Shown here piece after piece: positions 1-9,836 of a DNA stretch of 24,000 nucleotides; within the stretch, counting starts at the first letter, position 1, and the number at the start of each line of letters is the position of its first letter. Source of the stretch: Klebsiella phage KP8; the sequence record MG922974.1. The stretch is one strand, 5' to 3'. The translations under genes and the position numbers were made by a program. The notes under the pieces were generated by a model. The model was not told the DNA's origin. It was given only the letters and a program-made list of their open reading frames with translations, and ran no database searches.

Positions 1-3000
1 TTTATTGTTGTCTGGGTCAAACTCATTCATGTTGATGATGGTTTCTGTAACGTCACCAGACTCAACAAAAGCAGCCAGCATTTCAGCAGCCATAGCAGCA
101 GGAATGCCTTTGGTGTAACCCAGTGGTGCATTTGGGTTACGCTCTAATCCCCAGTAAGACTCAATCTTTTGAGCCAAGGAGTTAGTAGCTTCAACCAGGG
201 TCATACCATTTTCAAAGGTTTCAACGAGGCCATCCGGTAACAAGGATTGGTCCATACCAGTAATAGCAGCCACGTCTTTAGCATCTTTGATAGCAGAGTT
301 TTGTACAGCAGTGAGTCGCCATTGCAGACCAGCAAGTACAGCAGTCTGTAACAGTTCTTCGTTGTATTTGAAGGTATCCCCGTCTTGCTCAACGATGTTA
401 AGCAGCTTACCACCTACCCAACGGTTAGCTTCTGTACCCTCAGCAAAACGCTTACCAACGTTCTTGTTAGAGAGAAACTTCTCCATACGATTACGCAGTA
501 AGTCAGCAATACCCTTACCATGTTTCATCAGGTCACTGTAGCGTTTAGCTACATCACTGGTGAATGCCGGGTTAGCTTCGTCCTGGTTCACATATACTTC
601 ATAACGAGCACGAGAAGACAGTGCCTTAGTCAAGTCACTCAGTGGGGACTCAGAGCCTACGGTACGGGACTTAGGTTCTGCTGGTACGTTGAAAGACTTA
701 ACAAAGTAGTTGGTAACCTTCTCTGAGGAATACAGATTAGGGTACACAGCAGCAGTACCTTCTTTATTTTCAGTAGGTTGAGTGGTGGTATCCTCATTAG
801 TGAGGGTAGCATCTGCTTTAGTTTCAGTTGCAGCAGGTTCCACCTTTTCAGGCGTAGTCTTAGTTACTTTCTCTTCTTCTACGCTAACCTCTTTAACAGG
901 AGTAGTATTTTCTACCACTGGTTCTGTTACAGTAGGCTTGGCCTCCTGAGTTTGTGCAGGAGATTCTTTAACCTGATTCACTGGTTGGGCAGTCTGTTGA
1001 GATGAGGCAGCGTCACGATTGCTTTGACGGAAAGCCTTAACCACCTGAGCAGCTGTATCGTTCAGACGTGAATCCAAAGAGGTAACTTCGATATGAGGAA
1101 CTTTCAGCTCCGGGTAAGCCGAGGCGAGAGCATTGGCAATATCGCCTACGGTTTTAGCTTCAAGCCCTACTTGCTGGGCAAACTTAACAGACTTGGTATC
1201 GTAGGGATTGACACCAAGACCGGTACGACTACGAACCCATTCACGGGAGGGCGTGAGAGCCTGGTAATGGACAGACTTATTCTTATCCGCATTCCCAGAA
1301 ATAAGATGCTCGTTCAACGCTCCAACCTTATTGCTCATGTGTTGGGCGAATTGCATAAAGTCGTTGAGGTAAGCGGCGGCGAGGTCGAGGTTACCAGAGT
1401 TATACGCAGACCGAATACGCTGAGCGTGCTGCAACGCAGAGTACTGACCTTCCTCCGTTCTACTCTCATCGGTTTTAATCTGCTTACCTACAATGTCTTG
1501 AGGGCGAAGACCTAAGCGTTCAGCTTCGGTATCAAACTCACGAGCACCTTTCAAGAGGGCAGCAGCAGTAGTTAATGCAGCCCTCTGACGGTTATTCAGC
1601 TGAATACGACCTTCACTTGCGTGCTTAAGAACCATGTCCACTGACTCAGGGGAAAGCTTCTCAGGAGCAACCTGTGCAGCCATTGCTGCATTATTAACTT
1701 CCTGTTGAGTAGGATTCTCACCAACTTCCAGTTTGCCTTGTTCTGCTGCCTCAGTAACCATACGGTTAATAGCACGGAAAGCACGAGCAACTTTTGGGGT
1801 GTTCTGAATGTTGGCGATAAGACCAGAGTACTGGTCGAGTACAGCATTAGCTGGTGAATCGCTAGGCAGGTTATTAAGAGCAGCCGGGTCACGGTTTACA
1901 AACTCTTCAAAGCCCATAACCCCATCATACAGATAGGAGGCAGCAGTCATCAGCGCTTCTGGGTCAGTCTCTTCTGTAGAGTTAACCAGGTCTGCTAATT
2001 TCTGAATAGCTTCTACACGGTTAGTAGAACCAGTGACAGCAGCTTTAACTGCATCCGGTGCGTCAGCATATTCAGCTTCGTCGAAACGAGTAGCATTAAC
2101 CAAGTCAGAAGCATAACGATAAGCAGCTTCTTTCTGTTCTGGAGTAGCATCGGTTTCATTAACAGCAGTGTACAGAGTCTCTTCAGCATTAGCAGCCTGT
2201 GCTGTGGCTTCCTGTGCAGCAGCCTGAACGGTTTCGTCAGCTACAGGGGATGCTTGTTCATTCTGTTGCATAACTCTCTCACCACGAGCTACCAGAGCGT
2301 CACGCAATGGTTTAGTAGCAGCAGACCCAACATTACCTACAGCACGCAAACCAGCCATAGTAGTACGAATGGCAGGAGACAGAGCAGCACCCACAGCCTT
2401 ACCAGCAGCACCAGGAGCTTGTACAACACCAGCAGCACCAAAGCCATAGAGAGCACCCAAGCCAAGCTGTTCACCAACACCTTTAGCCAGGTCTTGGTTT
2501 TTATCGATGTTCTCTTTCTGTGCAATGTTTTGAGACAGTTGACCGGTAGCACCTTGGATACCCTCTTCAATAGTCTCACGACCAATGTTACTAACTGCTG
2601 AACCAAGGGAACCTACACGCATTGGGGCCGTCTCAAAACGAGATACCAATGGACCAGTAGCAGCAGCAATAGGGAATTGAATAGCAGCAGCATCAATACC
2701 AGTTTCAGATGCAGTATGACGGCGTGCTTCATCAGGAGACATACCATCAGCAATGTGCTGTTGATATACCGGAGATTTAGCCAGCAGTTCCTGGTGAGGC
2801 ATTTTAAGAATATCATTGACCGTCTGCTGGTAAACGCCACCAGCTTCCATTGCACCAATGCCCAGCATACCAGGAGCAATACGACCCGCTTTATCCAGAG
2901 CAGCAACACCAATACGAGCCAGTGAGTTAGTATCACTAGCTGCATCAATTGCAGCAGCTACACGAGCACCTTGTACAGCACGAGTACCAGTAACTACTTT

Positions 3001-3753
3001 ACCGAGTGCATTGATGCCTTTAATGATTGGGCCAGCAGCAAACAGGGAACCTACACCCTCAGCCAAACCATCAGTTAAAGCAGTACCGTCTTGCATTACG
3101 TTACCAACAGAATCCAGAGCATCACGACCAACACGAGACAGTGCAGCAATGGTAGGGTTAGTACCATCTTTAATATCTTGCTTATACTGGTTCTCGTTTT
3201 CCAGTGCAGTAATCTGACCCTGGGAAGCAACGACCTTACGACGAGCATTCAAAGCATCACTCTGTGTAGAGTGTACCCAATCACCCAGGTTACCTAGTTG
3301 TTCTGATACCCAAGAACCAGCATTATCATTGACCAAGCCTGTTCCAAGAGCAGCAATGCCCCCAAGGGAATTAGCAAGACCAAGACCAACACCAGTAGCA
3401 GTGTCAATGGCTCCACGCCCCGGAGTGCGTTCAATAGTCTTATCACGGTATACCTGGTCAGCAGCATTAGCTCTTTGATTAATAAGTTGAGTACCTTGCT
3501 CGATACCATACTTATTAATGAGTTCTAATGGGGAAAGGTTAGTAAAGTCGGATGCAATAGAACCTTGCTCAAAGGCACCAGTTCCTAGATTTCCAACACG
3601 TCCAGCCTGAAGCTGGTAGGCGTTATCTTGAGAGATAGGAGTAGGGATGACACCTTGCTCTGCCTTCTTCTGGTCGGTTGCAGTAGAGACGCTAACTTGC
3701 TTAGCATTGGTTACGCTGTCTGCAAACCCAGCCAGTCTGTCAAATGTTGACAT
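1..3753 (-). CDS. Virion-encapsidated RNA polymerase (N4 gp50-like), N-terminal 1251 residues; C-terminus runs off the left edge
   Basis: Minus frame from ATG at 3753 reads MSTFDRLAGFADSVTNAKQVSVSTATDQKKAEQGVIPTPISQDNAYQLQAGRVGNLGTGAFEQGS..., which I recognise as closely similar to the N4 gp50 N-terminus. The stretches I read by hand near the start, in the linker and at the left edge contain no stop. It is absent from the ORF track because it lacks an in-window stop. RBS-like AGGAAACC upstream. Confidence 0.93.
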   Translation of the reverse strand, partial: MSTFDRLAGFADSVTNAKQVSVSTATDQKKAEQGVIPTPISQDNAYQLQAGRVGNLGTGAFEQGSIASDFTNLSPLELINKYGIEQGTQLINQRANAADQVYRDKTIERTPGRGAIDTATGVGLGLANSLGGIAALGTGLVNDNAGSWVSEQLGNLGDWVHSTQSDALNARRKVVASQGQITALENENQYKQDIKDGTNPTIAALSRVGRDALDSVGNVMQDGTALTDGLAEGVGSLFAAGPIIKGINALGKVVTGTRAVQGARVAAAIDAASDTNSLARIGVAALDKAGRIAPGMLGIGAMEAGGVYQQTVNDILKMPHQELLAKSPVYQQHIADGMSPDEARRHTASETGIDAAAIQFPIAAATGPLVSRFETAPMRVGSLGSAVSNIGRETIEEGIQGATGQLSQNIAQKENIDKNQDLAKGVGEQLGLGALYGFGAAGVVQAPGAAGKAVGAALSPAIRTTMAGLRAVGNVGSAATKPLRDALVARGERVMQQNEQASPVADETVQAAAQEATAQAANAEETLYTAVNETDATPEQKEAAYRYASDLVNATRFDEAEYADAPDAVKAAVTGSTNRVEAIQKLADLVNSTEETDPEALMTAASYLYDGVMGFEEFVNRDPAALNNLPSDSPANAVLDQYSGLIANIQNTPKVARAFRAINRMVTEAAEQGKLEVGENPTQQEVNNAAMAAQVAPEKLSPESVDMVLKHASEGRIQLNNRQRAALTTAAALLKGAREFDTEAERLGLRPQDIVGKQIKTDESRTEEGQYSALQHAQRIRSAYNSGNLDLAAAYLNDFMQFAQHMSNKVGALNEHLISGNADKNKSVHYQALTPSREWVRSRTGLGVNPYDTKSVKFAQQVGLEAKTVGDIANALASAYPELKVPHIEVTSLDSRLNDTAAQVVKAFRQSNRDAASSQQTAQPVNQVKESPAQTQEAKPTVTEPVVENTTPVKEVSVEEEKVTKTTPEKVEPAATETKADATLTNEDTTTQPTENKEGTAAVYPNLYSSEKVTNYFVKSFNVPAEPKSRTVGSESPLSDLTKALSSRARYEVYVNQDEANPAFTSDVAKRYSDLMKHGKGIADLLRNRMEKFLSNKNVGKRFAEGTEANRWVGGKLLNIVEQDGDTFKYNEELLQTAVLAGLQWRLTAVQNSAIKDAKDVAAITGMDQSLLPDGLVETFENGMTLVEATNSLAQKIESYWGLERNPNAPLGYTKGIPAAMAAEMLAAFVESGDVTETIINMNEFDPDNNK

Positions 3754-3790
3754 GGTAGGTTTCCTATTCAAACTTATATCTATTAGAGAA

Positions 3791-3810
3791 CACACTATAT
3801 ACAAAGTGTG
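3791..3810. promoter_or_regulatory. Small palindrome (6-bp arms, 8-nt spacer) in the vRNAP 5' leader; operator, promoter or leader hairpin candidate
   Basis: CACACT-ATATACAA-AGTGTG, between the terminator at 3819-3838 and the vRNAP start at 3753. Confidence 0.35.
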
Positions 3811-3818
3811 GGTGATAA

Positions 3819-3838
3819 AAAAGCCCCGAAGGGCTTTT
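3819..3838 (-). terminator. Rho-independent terminator between the gp51-like gene and vRNAP
   Basis: Minus strand reads AAAAGCCC-TTCG-GGGCTTTTTTATC: 8-bp stem, C(UUCG)G tetraloop, U-tract. Confidence 0.85.
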
Positions 3839-3854
3839 GTTAGTATGGGATAAT

Positions 3855-5804
3855 TTAGCGAGTTTGCATATAGCCAGGAATCTGGTTGGCTTGTCTCAGG
3901 TAACGTTCTGCCCTTGAATCATTCTCCCGTTTTACAGCCCGGTCAGTAGTAGCCTGAGACTGGAATGTACGAGGAGCCAGGTTCTGTGGGTCAGCAGTTA
4001 CTTGTTGCTGTGCTGCCTGAAGCATCATCTGTGCACGTTCTACAGCAGCTTGGCGAGAAGGTAACAGAGCAGTCAGTGCAGTTTGACCAGTACTGATTTT
4101 GTTCTGTGTATTCTGCAATTGAGCCAGTGCAGCGTCATATGCTTGCTGTGCAGCTTGTACGTTCTGTGCAGCCTGAGCTGTAGACAGATTACGTACAGAT
4201 TGCTCCAGTGGTTCACCACGTTGCAGTGCACCAACCATTTGGTCAACAGCATCGTCATTAAGACGAGTACCATTACCAGCTTCATTGGAGATGAACGGAT
4301 TAAGTCCTTGCAGCCCACGCCAAATCATATTCTCTGGTACGTTAGTCTGTGCACGTTGCATGACAGTTGCAGCCATAGCAGGCGACACACCAGCACGTTG
4401 AGCAATTTCATTAACACGAGCCAAGACCCAGTTACGGTCAGCACCTTTGAAGTCATTCTCAAGCAGACGGTTAACAACTTCACCAGGGGTAGCAGTATCA
4501 CCTAGAGTACGCAGGTAATCCGGTACGTTACCCACTGCATTGTTTTCCATCAAACGAGTACCAATCATACCAGTAGCCAGATTACTTACTGCCTGATTGC
4601 CTTGTACAGCTTGCTGTACTGCAAGAGGGTTTGCACCTACTTCAGCTTGTGCAATAAGACCCTTCATCTCATTCCAGGTTCTGTTCTTATAAGCACCTAC
4701 GGTAGAGTCTGGTAGAGCAGCCCAAGTATCTTTAAGGTTACCGTTCTTACGGGCATTAAAAATAGCTTCCCCAATCTTGTCCTGGTTCTCAGGAGAAAGT
4801 GGCATGTTACGCCAGTTTTCACCCAGTACTTTAGGAGCAAAGTCTTCGAGAGTAGCCTTGTTAATCTGGTAAGCACCAACAGGGGAAGCACCCTGAGAGC
4901 TAATCATATTAGCCTGGTGGTTGGTTACTTCACCAATACTCATCTGAGTGATTGGTTTACTGGTTCCCTGGAACTGGTAAGTCACGTCAAACGGACTACC
5001 ACTACGAGTGCCAGCAGTGCCTGGAGCAGAAGTAACGTTGTTACCATAAGTGCCTGGATATTGCTGGGCCAGTAACCCCTGGAGTCGAGCTTGAGCCGTT
5101 GGTGACAACTGTTTGCTATATGCTTCTGCAAGGATACGAGCATCGTTAGGGTTCTCCGCACCACGGACAATCTGGGACAGCACACCAATAGCAGCTTGAC
5201 TATCTGCATCATCACGCATGTTGGTACCGAGGTTAAACAGGTCACGACGTTGACCAATGGCATTACTACCTTGGTTCTGAAGTCGGCCCATAATCTCTTG
5301 TACCTGGTCAGCAGGAAGAGAGTCTAATGCACCACCGTATTGCTGTTGTGCACGTGCAATAGTATTAGGGTCACCACTTTGGTAAGCCAGAGCCAGTTGA
5401 CGTAAAGCAGGGGAGGCTGCATCACCACGGGCATCCAAGTCTTGCATACGACCAGTACGGTAAGTGTTGTAATCCAGAGCTTGTTGCTGAGTAGCTTGGT
5501 TCAACAAATTACCTGTACGGTTATCAAGATTTTCCAAAGTACGGTTAGAAATCAAAGAGGGGTCTACCCCCTGAAACAGAGCACCACTTGCCAAAGCATT
5601 ACGGTACTCAGTCGGGTCTTGATATTGCAGAGCATTCTGCATTACCTGGTTACCTACCTCTTGTCTTGCAGCAGTCTGGAAATTACCCAGTGCATCACTA
5701 AGACCAGCAGTAGCATTACCAAGCAGACCACTGAATGAACGAATGCTGTCACCAACTCCAGAGAAGTTAGGTGCATCAACATTTCGCCAAGTAATCTGAG
5801 CCAT
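3855..5804 (-). CDS. Internal virion protein, N4 gp51-like, with internal lysozyme/lytic-transglycosylase-like segment
   Basis: 649-aa ORF starting MAQITWRNVDAPNFSG; position directly upstream of vRNAP; segment ...MSIGEVTNHQANMISSQGASPVGAYQINKATLEDFAPKVLG... resembles G-x-YQ motifs of phage muralytic domains. Confidence 0.8.
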   Translation of the reverse strand: MAQITWRNVDAPNFSGVGDSIRSFSGLLGNATAGLSDALGNFQTAARQEVGNQVMQNALQYQDPTEYRNALASGALFQGVDPSLISNRTLENLDNRTGNLLNQATQQQALDYNTYRTGRMQDLDARGDAASPALRQLALAYQSGDPNTIARAQQQYGGALDSLPADQVQEIMGRLQNQGSNAIGQRRDLFNLGTNMRDDADSQAAIGVLSQIVRGAENPNDARILAEAYSKQLSPTAQARLQGLLAQQYPGTYGNNVTSAPGTAGTRSGSPFDVTYQFQGTSKPITQMSIGEVTNHQANMISSQGASPVGAYQINKATLEDFAPKVLGENWRNMPLSPENQDKIGEAIFNARKNGNLKDTWAALPDSTVGAYKNRTWNEMKGLIAQAEVGANPLAVQQAVQGNQAVSNLATGMIGTRLMENNAVGNVPDYLRTLGDTATPGEVVNRLLENDFKGADRNWVLARVNEIAQRAGVSPAMAATVMQRAQTNVPENMIWRGLQGLNPFISNEAGNGTRLNDDAVDQMVGALQRGEPLEQSVRNLSTAQAAQNVQAAQQAYDAALAQLQNTQNKISTGQTALTALLPSRQAAVERAQMMLQAAQQQVTADPQNLAPRTFQSQATTDRAVKRENDSRAERYLRQANQIPGYMQTR

Positions 5805-5813
5805 AATTACCCC

Positions 5814-6254
5814 TTAACGAGTAAGCTTGTTACGTTCAATATAAGCATCTGCCGAAGCAGAATCACGGTTTTCTGCTACAGCACGGCTACGAGCACGGTC
5901 TTCTAACGCAGTGTTATACGACTTAATCTGGTTGTTCAGATTGGTGTTCGCAATACTTTTAGCGAAGTTAAACTGGTCTTTAGCGAGCTTATTGGATTGG
6001 AATGCTCCAAACAGATTACCTAGTGAACCAAGGGCACCCAGTCCTAACTGGAAGGTTGGGATATTCATACCCAGTTGGTCAGACAGCCCAGTAAGAGGAG
6101 TGCTGTTAGAGCCTCCAAGGGAACCAGCCAAAGACGTATCAGGTTGGTAAGCCATAGCAGGGGTATTAAACCCCATGTTGCTATTGCCATTATTAGCCCA
6201 CTGGAAGGCACCAACCGAAGGTTGCGTATTACCAGTTAAGAAGCTTAAATCCAT
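5814..6254 (-). CDS. Virion protein, N4 gp52-like (146 aa)
   Basis: ORF MDLSFLTGNTQPSVGAFQWANNGNSNMG...; conserved order between gp51-like and gp53-like genes. Confidence 0.75.
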   Translation of the reverse strand: MDLSFLTGNTQPSVGAFQWANNGNSNMGFNTPAMAYQPDTSLAGSLGGSNSTPLTGLSDQLGMNIPTFQLGLGALGSLGNLFGAFQSNKLAKDQFNFAKSIANTNLNNQIKSYNTALEDRARSRAVAENRDSASADAYIERNKLTR

Positions 6255-6265
6255 CAGGACTTACC

Positions 6266-8926
6266 TCACGTTAAATCAATATTAGTGGTTATATCAGCAA
6301 AGTTTGTAATCATGTCCAAGGACATACTTGCGATATCTGAACCAGTCATGAGAGTACGGTTAGTGAAGCAATCAAGTGACTCAATCCCAATAAAGGAGAG
6401 TGGGTCGATTATGCCTGAACCGTCAGTACCAAACATTTCCTGATACTTACTCTGAATAGCTTTAGAGTCAGTATTGTACTGCTGTAACACTTCCTCTGTC
6501 TTACGAATAGTATCAGCAGTACTTGCATTAATATACTGACTAATACCATTGCCTACCGATGAGGTGAGCATAGTTAAGTTCTGAGCACTAGCCATGTTAG
6601 CAATCATCGTGGACATAGAGGTACCTGTAGACAGAGCAGTACCTACGTTCATTGCCACAAAGGAAGCAATAGCAGTAACGATAAGACCAAGTTTATCGCC
6701 AAACAATGCGGTAGAAACTTTGCTAATAATGGACATAACAACCATAGCAGCTACTGCATTGGCAATAGCTCCTACGATAATGGCAGCAATACCAGCAAAA
6801 CCTAATGCAGCACCAACTGAACCATATGCACCGAGAATACCTGCACCAGCTGCTGCACCAGTACCCATAGAGGCAACTGAGATAACAATGGCTACAACAA
6901 TAACTGCTATCTTAAATGCTCCTGTTTGGTACCACTTCTGTTTAACTTTCTTATAGCTATTAAGGACTAAGTAAGTACAAGCAGTAGACAATTGAGTACT
7001 ACGAACCAGTGACATTGAACGGTAGATGCTGGTATGAAGTGGGATAAGGAATCCTGACTCATCTGCATCATCCAGGGCTTCCTTAGCAGTAGAGTCAACA
7101 CTCTTATCCTTATAGACCATGTTACGGTGACGAAGACCGTACACGGTTAATTTTTTATATGTACCATTGCCGGTCTGCCAGAGCATCTCAAATGCAGGCA
7201 TGGTCTTGGAGCTGGTGTACTCAACAAGGTCACCCTGGGTATTAGTACGATATGACTTACGGGTTAGAGTAATGGTCTCGCCCATTTGAGTTTTGAGTTC
7301 GCCTTTCTTAGCACCTTCCCATGCAGTACCAGTATGGTTAGTCTCAAAAATGTAGTTCCACTCCACAGTCATATCAAACTTATAGCCTTTGGTGCTACGT
7401 ACTCTGTATTCCCTTTTTGGGATAACAGGATACTCAGGTGGATTTGGTGGGGTACTGACAACTACAGCACCACTAGTATTATCTGCCCACCACTGTGAAT
7501 ACCCCTCTGCATCCATGTTAGCCAACTCATACGCCTGTATAATTGACTCCATAGTTGGGTAGTTTGGGTCAGCTGGGAAAGCTTCAGCAGCCATCTCAAA
7601 GAATCGGAATATGTACTCTTTAGCTGTGTCTTCCGGGGTATTTAGTGCACAGCCGAAAGCACCATAGATGTACTGAATGTCGTCAATATCATCGTTGTCC
7701 TTGAGGGTGTCCAGTACCTTATTCAGCTTGCCACCAGTAGACTTACGCAAAGCAGTCTTACAGAGTGGGTACATTTCCTCATCCCGGTCTATCCAGGTCT
7801 TATCAGACCTCATTGGGATGAATGGATAAAACCTGCTGTCGTCAGAGTAAGTATTAAATAATGAGTCCAGCTCATCATTTCCACTACCCTCCTTGTAGAT
7901 AAAGAGGTGTGGTTCGCCAGCAGCATCAGTAATGGTTTTAGTTGATACAGTTTGAGACGTATACTCAAACTGTATGTACTCACCAGTAGTAGTTGTAACC
8001 CGTGTTTCAATAACACCACCACCGAGGTCAATCTCCTCAGTGACTGTACTAGTACTGGTCTTCTTGGTTCCAAGCTTAGTATGAGTCATAACCCGGTTAT
8101 CTATGATTACCTGTGCAGTAGTAAGAGACAGATTAAAACCTCTCTTATAAACCTTGACGTAATCATTCCAGGTTTCAGTACCAGTATCTGTTGTAGTGGT
8201 TTCCTCATCAGGTCTTCCATCAGAAAAACTTGAATGTACTACTACAGTAGTGTTAAGGGTTTCACTTCTTGGGGTAAAGTCCTCAGACACGGTAGACCAG
8301 AAGAAAGTAGACGGTAGCTCACTTTCATTACTGAAAGTAAGCAGCGGACCAACTACAGGTGGGTCTTCTTTAGGGTCAGAATAATATGTGTAATCTACAT
8401 AGAGATACCGAGAACCTTGTTCAAAATTGACAGGGGTAAACTGAATAGTAGAACCACCCTCCTGCGATTCCATAGTGATAACGCCAGTCTCATCATCAAT
8501 ATCAATTTCAAACTGTTCATCAATACGAGATGGTGCGTTTTCATAGATGTACTGGTCACACCATTCCTGGAAGTCTCCAAAACCAATGTCAGCACTTTGA
8601 ACGTAGAGTACCTTACCATCCTTGGTAGGAAGACTACGTTTAACCAGTTCTGGGTCAATCTTAGCAAGAGTGTTCAGCGTAGGACTAGTAAGCCCGATAT
8701 GCTCATCAAAATGGTTCTTACTCCAGCTTGAGAACAAACGCATACGAATACCAGGGCCACTAATGTAGCTATTACCTATAACGTCACTCATAGAGAAGTT
8801 ACTGGCATTAAGTATCCCGCCAATGACAGTAGTCTTCATATAGTTAGGACGATTATTTATATCCCCTGCCAGATTATAAACAGAGGATGCTACATAGATT
8901 TTAGTCTTTCCGCTGAACAGTCCCAT
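6266..8926 (-). CDS. Large structural protein, N4 gp53-like (886 aa)
   Basis: 886-aa ORF; size and synteny match the N4 gp53 position; C-terminal third contains long Ala/Gly/Val/Ile-rich hydrophobic segments. Confidence 0.78.
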   Translation of the reverse strand: MGLFSGKTKIYVASSVYNLAGDINNRPNYMKTTVIGGILNASNFSMSDVIGNSYISGPGIRMRLFSSWSKNHFDEHIGLTSPTLNTLAKIDPELVKRSLPTKDGKVLYVQSADIGFGDFQEWCDQYIYENAPSRIDEQFEIDIDDETGVITMESQEGGSTIQFTPVNFEQGSRYLYVDYTYYSDPKEDPPVVGPLLTFSNESELPSTFFWSTVSEDFTPRSETLNTTVVVHSSFSDGRPDEETTTTDTGTETWNDYVKVYKRGFNLSLTTAQVIIDNRVMTHTKLGTKKTSTSTVTEEIDLGGGVIETRVTTTTGEYIQFEYTSQTVSTKTITDAAGEPHLFIYKEGSGNDELDSLFNTYSDDSRFYPFIPMRSDKTWIDRDEEMYPLCKTALRKSTGGKLNKVLDTLKDNDDIDDIQYIYGAFGCALNTPEDTAKEYIFRFFEMAAEAFPADPNYPTMESIIQAYELANMDAEGYSQWWADNTSGAVVVSTPPNPPEYPVIPKREYRVRSTKGYKFDMTVEWNYIFETNHTGTAWEGAKKGELKTQMGETITLTRKSYRTNTQGDLVEYTSSKTMPAFEMLWQTGNGTYKKLTVYGLRHRNMVYKDKSVDSTAKEALDDADESGFLIPLHTSIYRSMSLVRSTQLSTACTYLVLNSYKKVKQKWYQTGAFKIAVIVVAIVISVASMGTGAAAGAGILGAYGSVGAALGFAGIAAIIVGAIANAVAAMVVMSIISKVSTALFGDKLGLIVTAIASFVAMNVGTALSTGTSMSTMIANMASAQNLTMLTSSVGNGISQYINASTADTIRKTEEVLQQYNTDSKAIQSKYQEMFGTDGSGIIDPLSFIGIESLDCFTNRTLMTGSDIASMSLDMITNFADITTNIDLT

Positions 8927-8929
8927 AAA

Positions 8930-9760
8930 TTATCCCAGGTTGTTGTTCGATTTCAGTGTCATAAGAATCGGGTTGATTTGGTCATTGGTGAAACCATCCG
9001 GTGGAACCAGGCCCTCATCAATAGTCTTCTGAGTAATCCATGCATCAGTAAATAGCTTGGCTGCTTTAACCTCAGAATCACGCTTATAGCTAGTAATCTG
9101 CTGGTCATACAGGTCTTTCTGCTTACCAATACTACCCTTAATTGGCAGAGCATCAGAACGAGTATCCTGAGTCTGAGCACGCTGTACTTCATACTGCTCT
9201 TGTAGCAAACGTTCTTGTGCTGGAAGAATCTTATCCAGGTTAAACAAAGCAGCACAGTAGTTCTGGCTCTCATTAGAGAGTCTCAGCTTAGTTAAGGCAT
9301 ATTCGGACTTAGTAGTCAGTGCCTGTACCTTAGCAAGTACAAACTGAGCCTTAGCCGTTGCCAAACCAACCCGTGCAGTAACTGCCTGAATCTGTGCCAG
9401 TGCTGCCTGGAAGTAAGCAGAGTCACGTCCTAACAGGAATTGAACAGCATTGCCCATACATGCTTCTAAAGTAGCAATGTAGGCTTTAGTGTACTCACCA
9501 CCGGTAATTCGGTTCTCTTTGAACTCAGCCTTAAGATGCTTACTGGCTGATTCCATCAGTGCATCGAATACACCAGAGCCACCTACTTCACGGGTAGTAA
9601 GGGATTCGTTGGTGATACGGGGTACTTCTGCAAAGATTGGAGAATCATCGCCACCTGGGATATCCCAGTTAGTCATATCAACTTCTGGTAGGGTAAAGTC
9701 CTCACCAGCAGTAAGTGCTAACAGCAATCGGTTAGCTTCTGTTTCTGCCCCACAAGACAT
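8930..9760 (-). CDS. Virion protein, N4 gp54-like (about 276 aa)
   Basis: Track ORF begins at a GTG (9796); ATG at 9760 ([21 protein letters not shown]...) is preceded by GAGGAAAAGACT, a good RBS, so I prefer it. Ala/Gln/Glu-rich, likely coiled-coil. Confidence 0.75.
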   Translation of the reverse strand: MSCGAETEANRLLLALTAGEDFTLPEVDMTNWDIPGGDDSPIFAEVPRITNESLTTREVGGSGVFDALMESASKHLKAEFKENRITGGEYTKAYIATLEACMGNAVQFLLGRDSAYFQAALAQIQAVTARVGLATAKAQFVLAKVQALTTKSEYALTKLRLSNESQNYCAALFNLDKILPAQERLLQEQYEVQRAQTQDTRSDALPIKGSIGKQKDLYDQQITSYKRDSEVKAAKLFTDAWITQKTIDEGLVPPDGFTNDQINPILMTLKSNNNLG

Positions 9761-9787
9761 AGTCTTTTCCTCTTGGTTCAAATGAAA

Positions 9788-9817
9788 ACGGCCCACGGTA
9801 TATTACCAATGGGCCGT
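9788..9817 (-). terminator. Compound hairpin between gp55-like and gp54-like genes, possible terminator or processing element
   Basis: ACGGCCCA...TGGGCCGT 8-bp perfect outer stem with inner GGTA-TAT-TACC stem; minus strand continues TTTTC. Confidence 0.5.
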
Positions 9818-9836
9818 GTTAGCATCAGCTTATACT

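Noticed and set aside
778-1005. Phe/Ser-rich plus-strand ORF that looks membrane-like
   Set aside because: Reverse complement of the Glu/Lys/Thr-rich vRNAP linker; composition artefact.
1596-3509. Several small minus-strand ORFs (1596-1892, 2337-2606, 2613-2948, 3294-3509)
   Set aside because: They are out-of-frame ORFs inside the vRNAP coding sequence.
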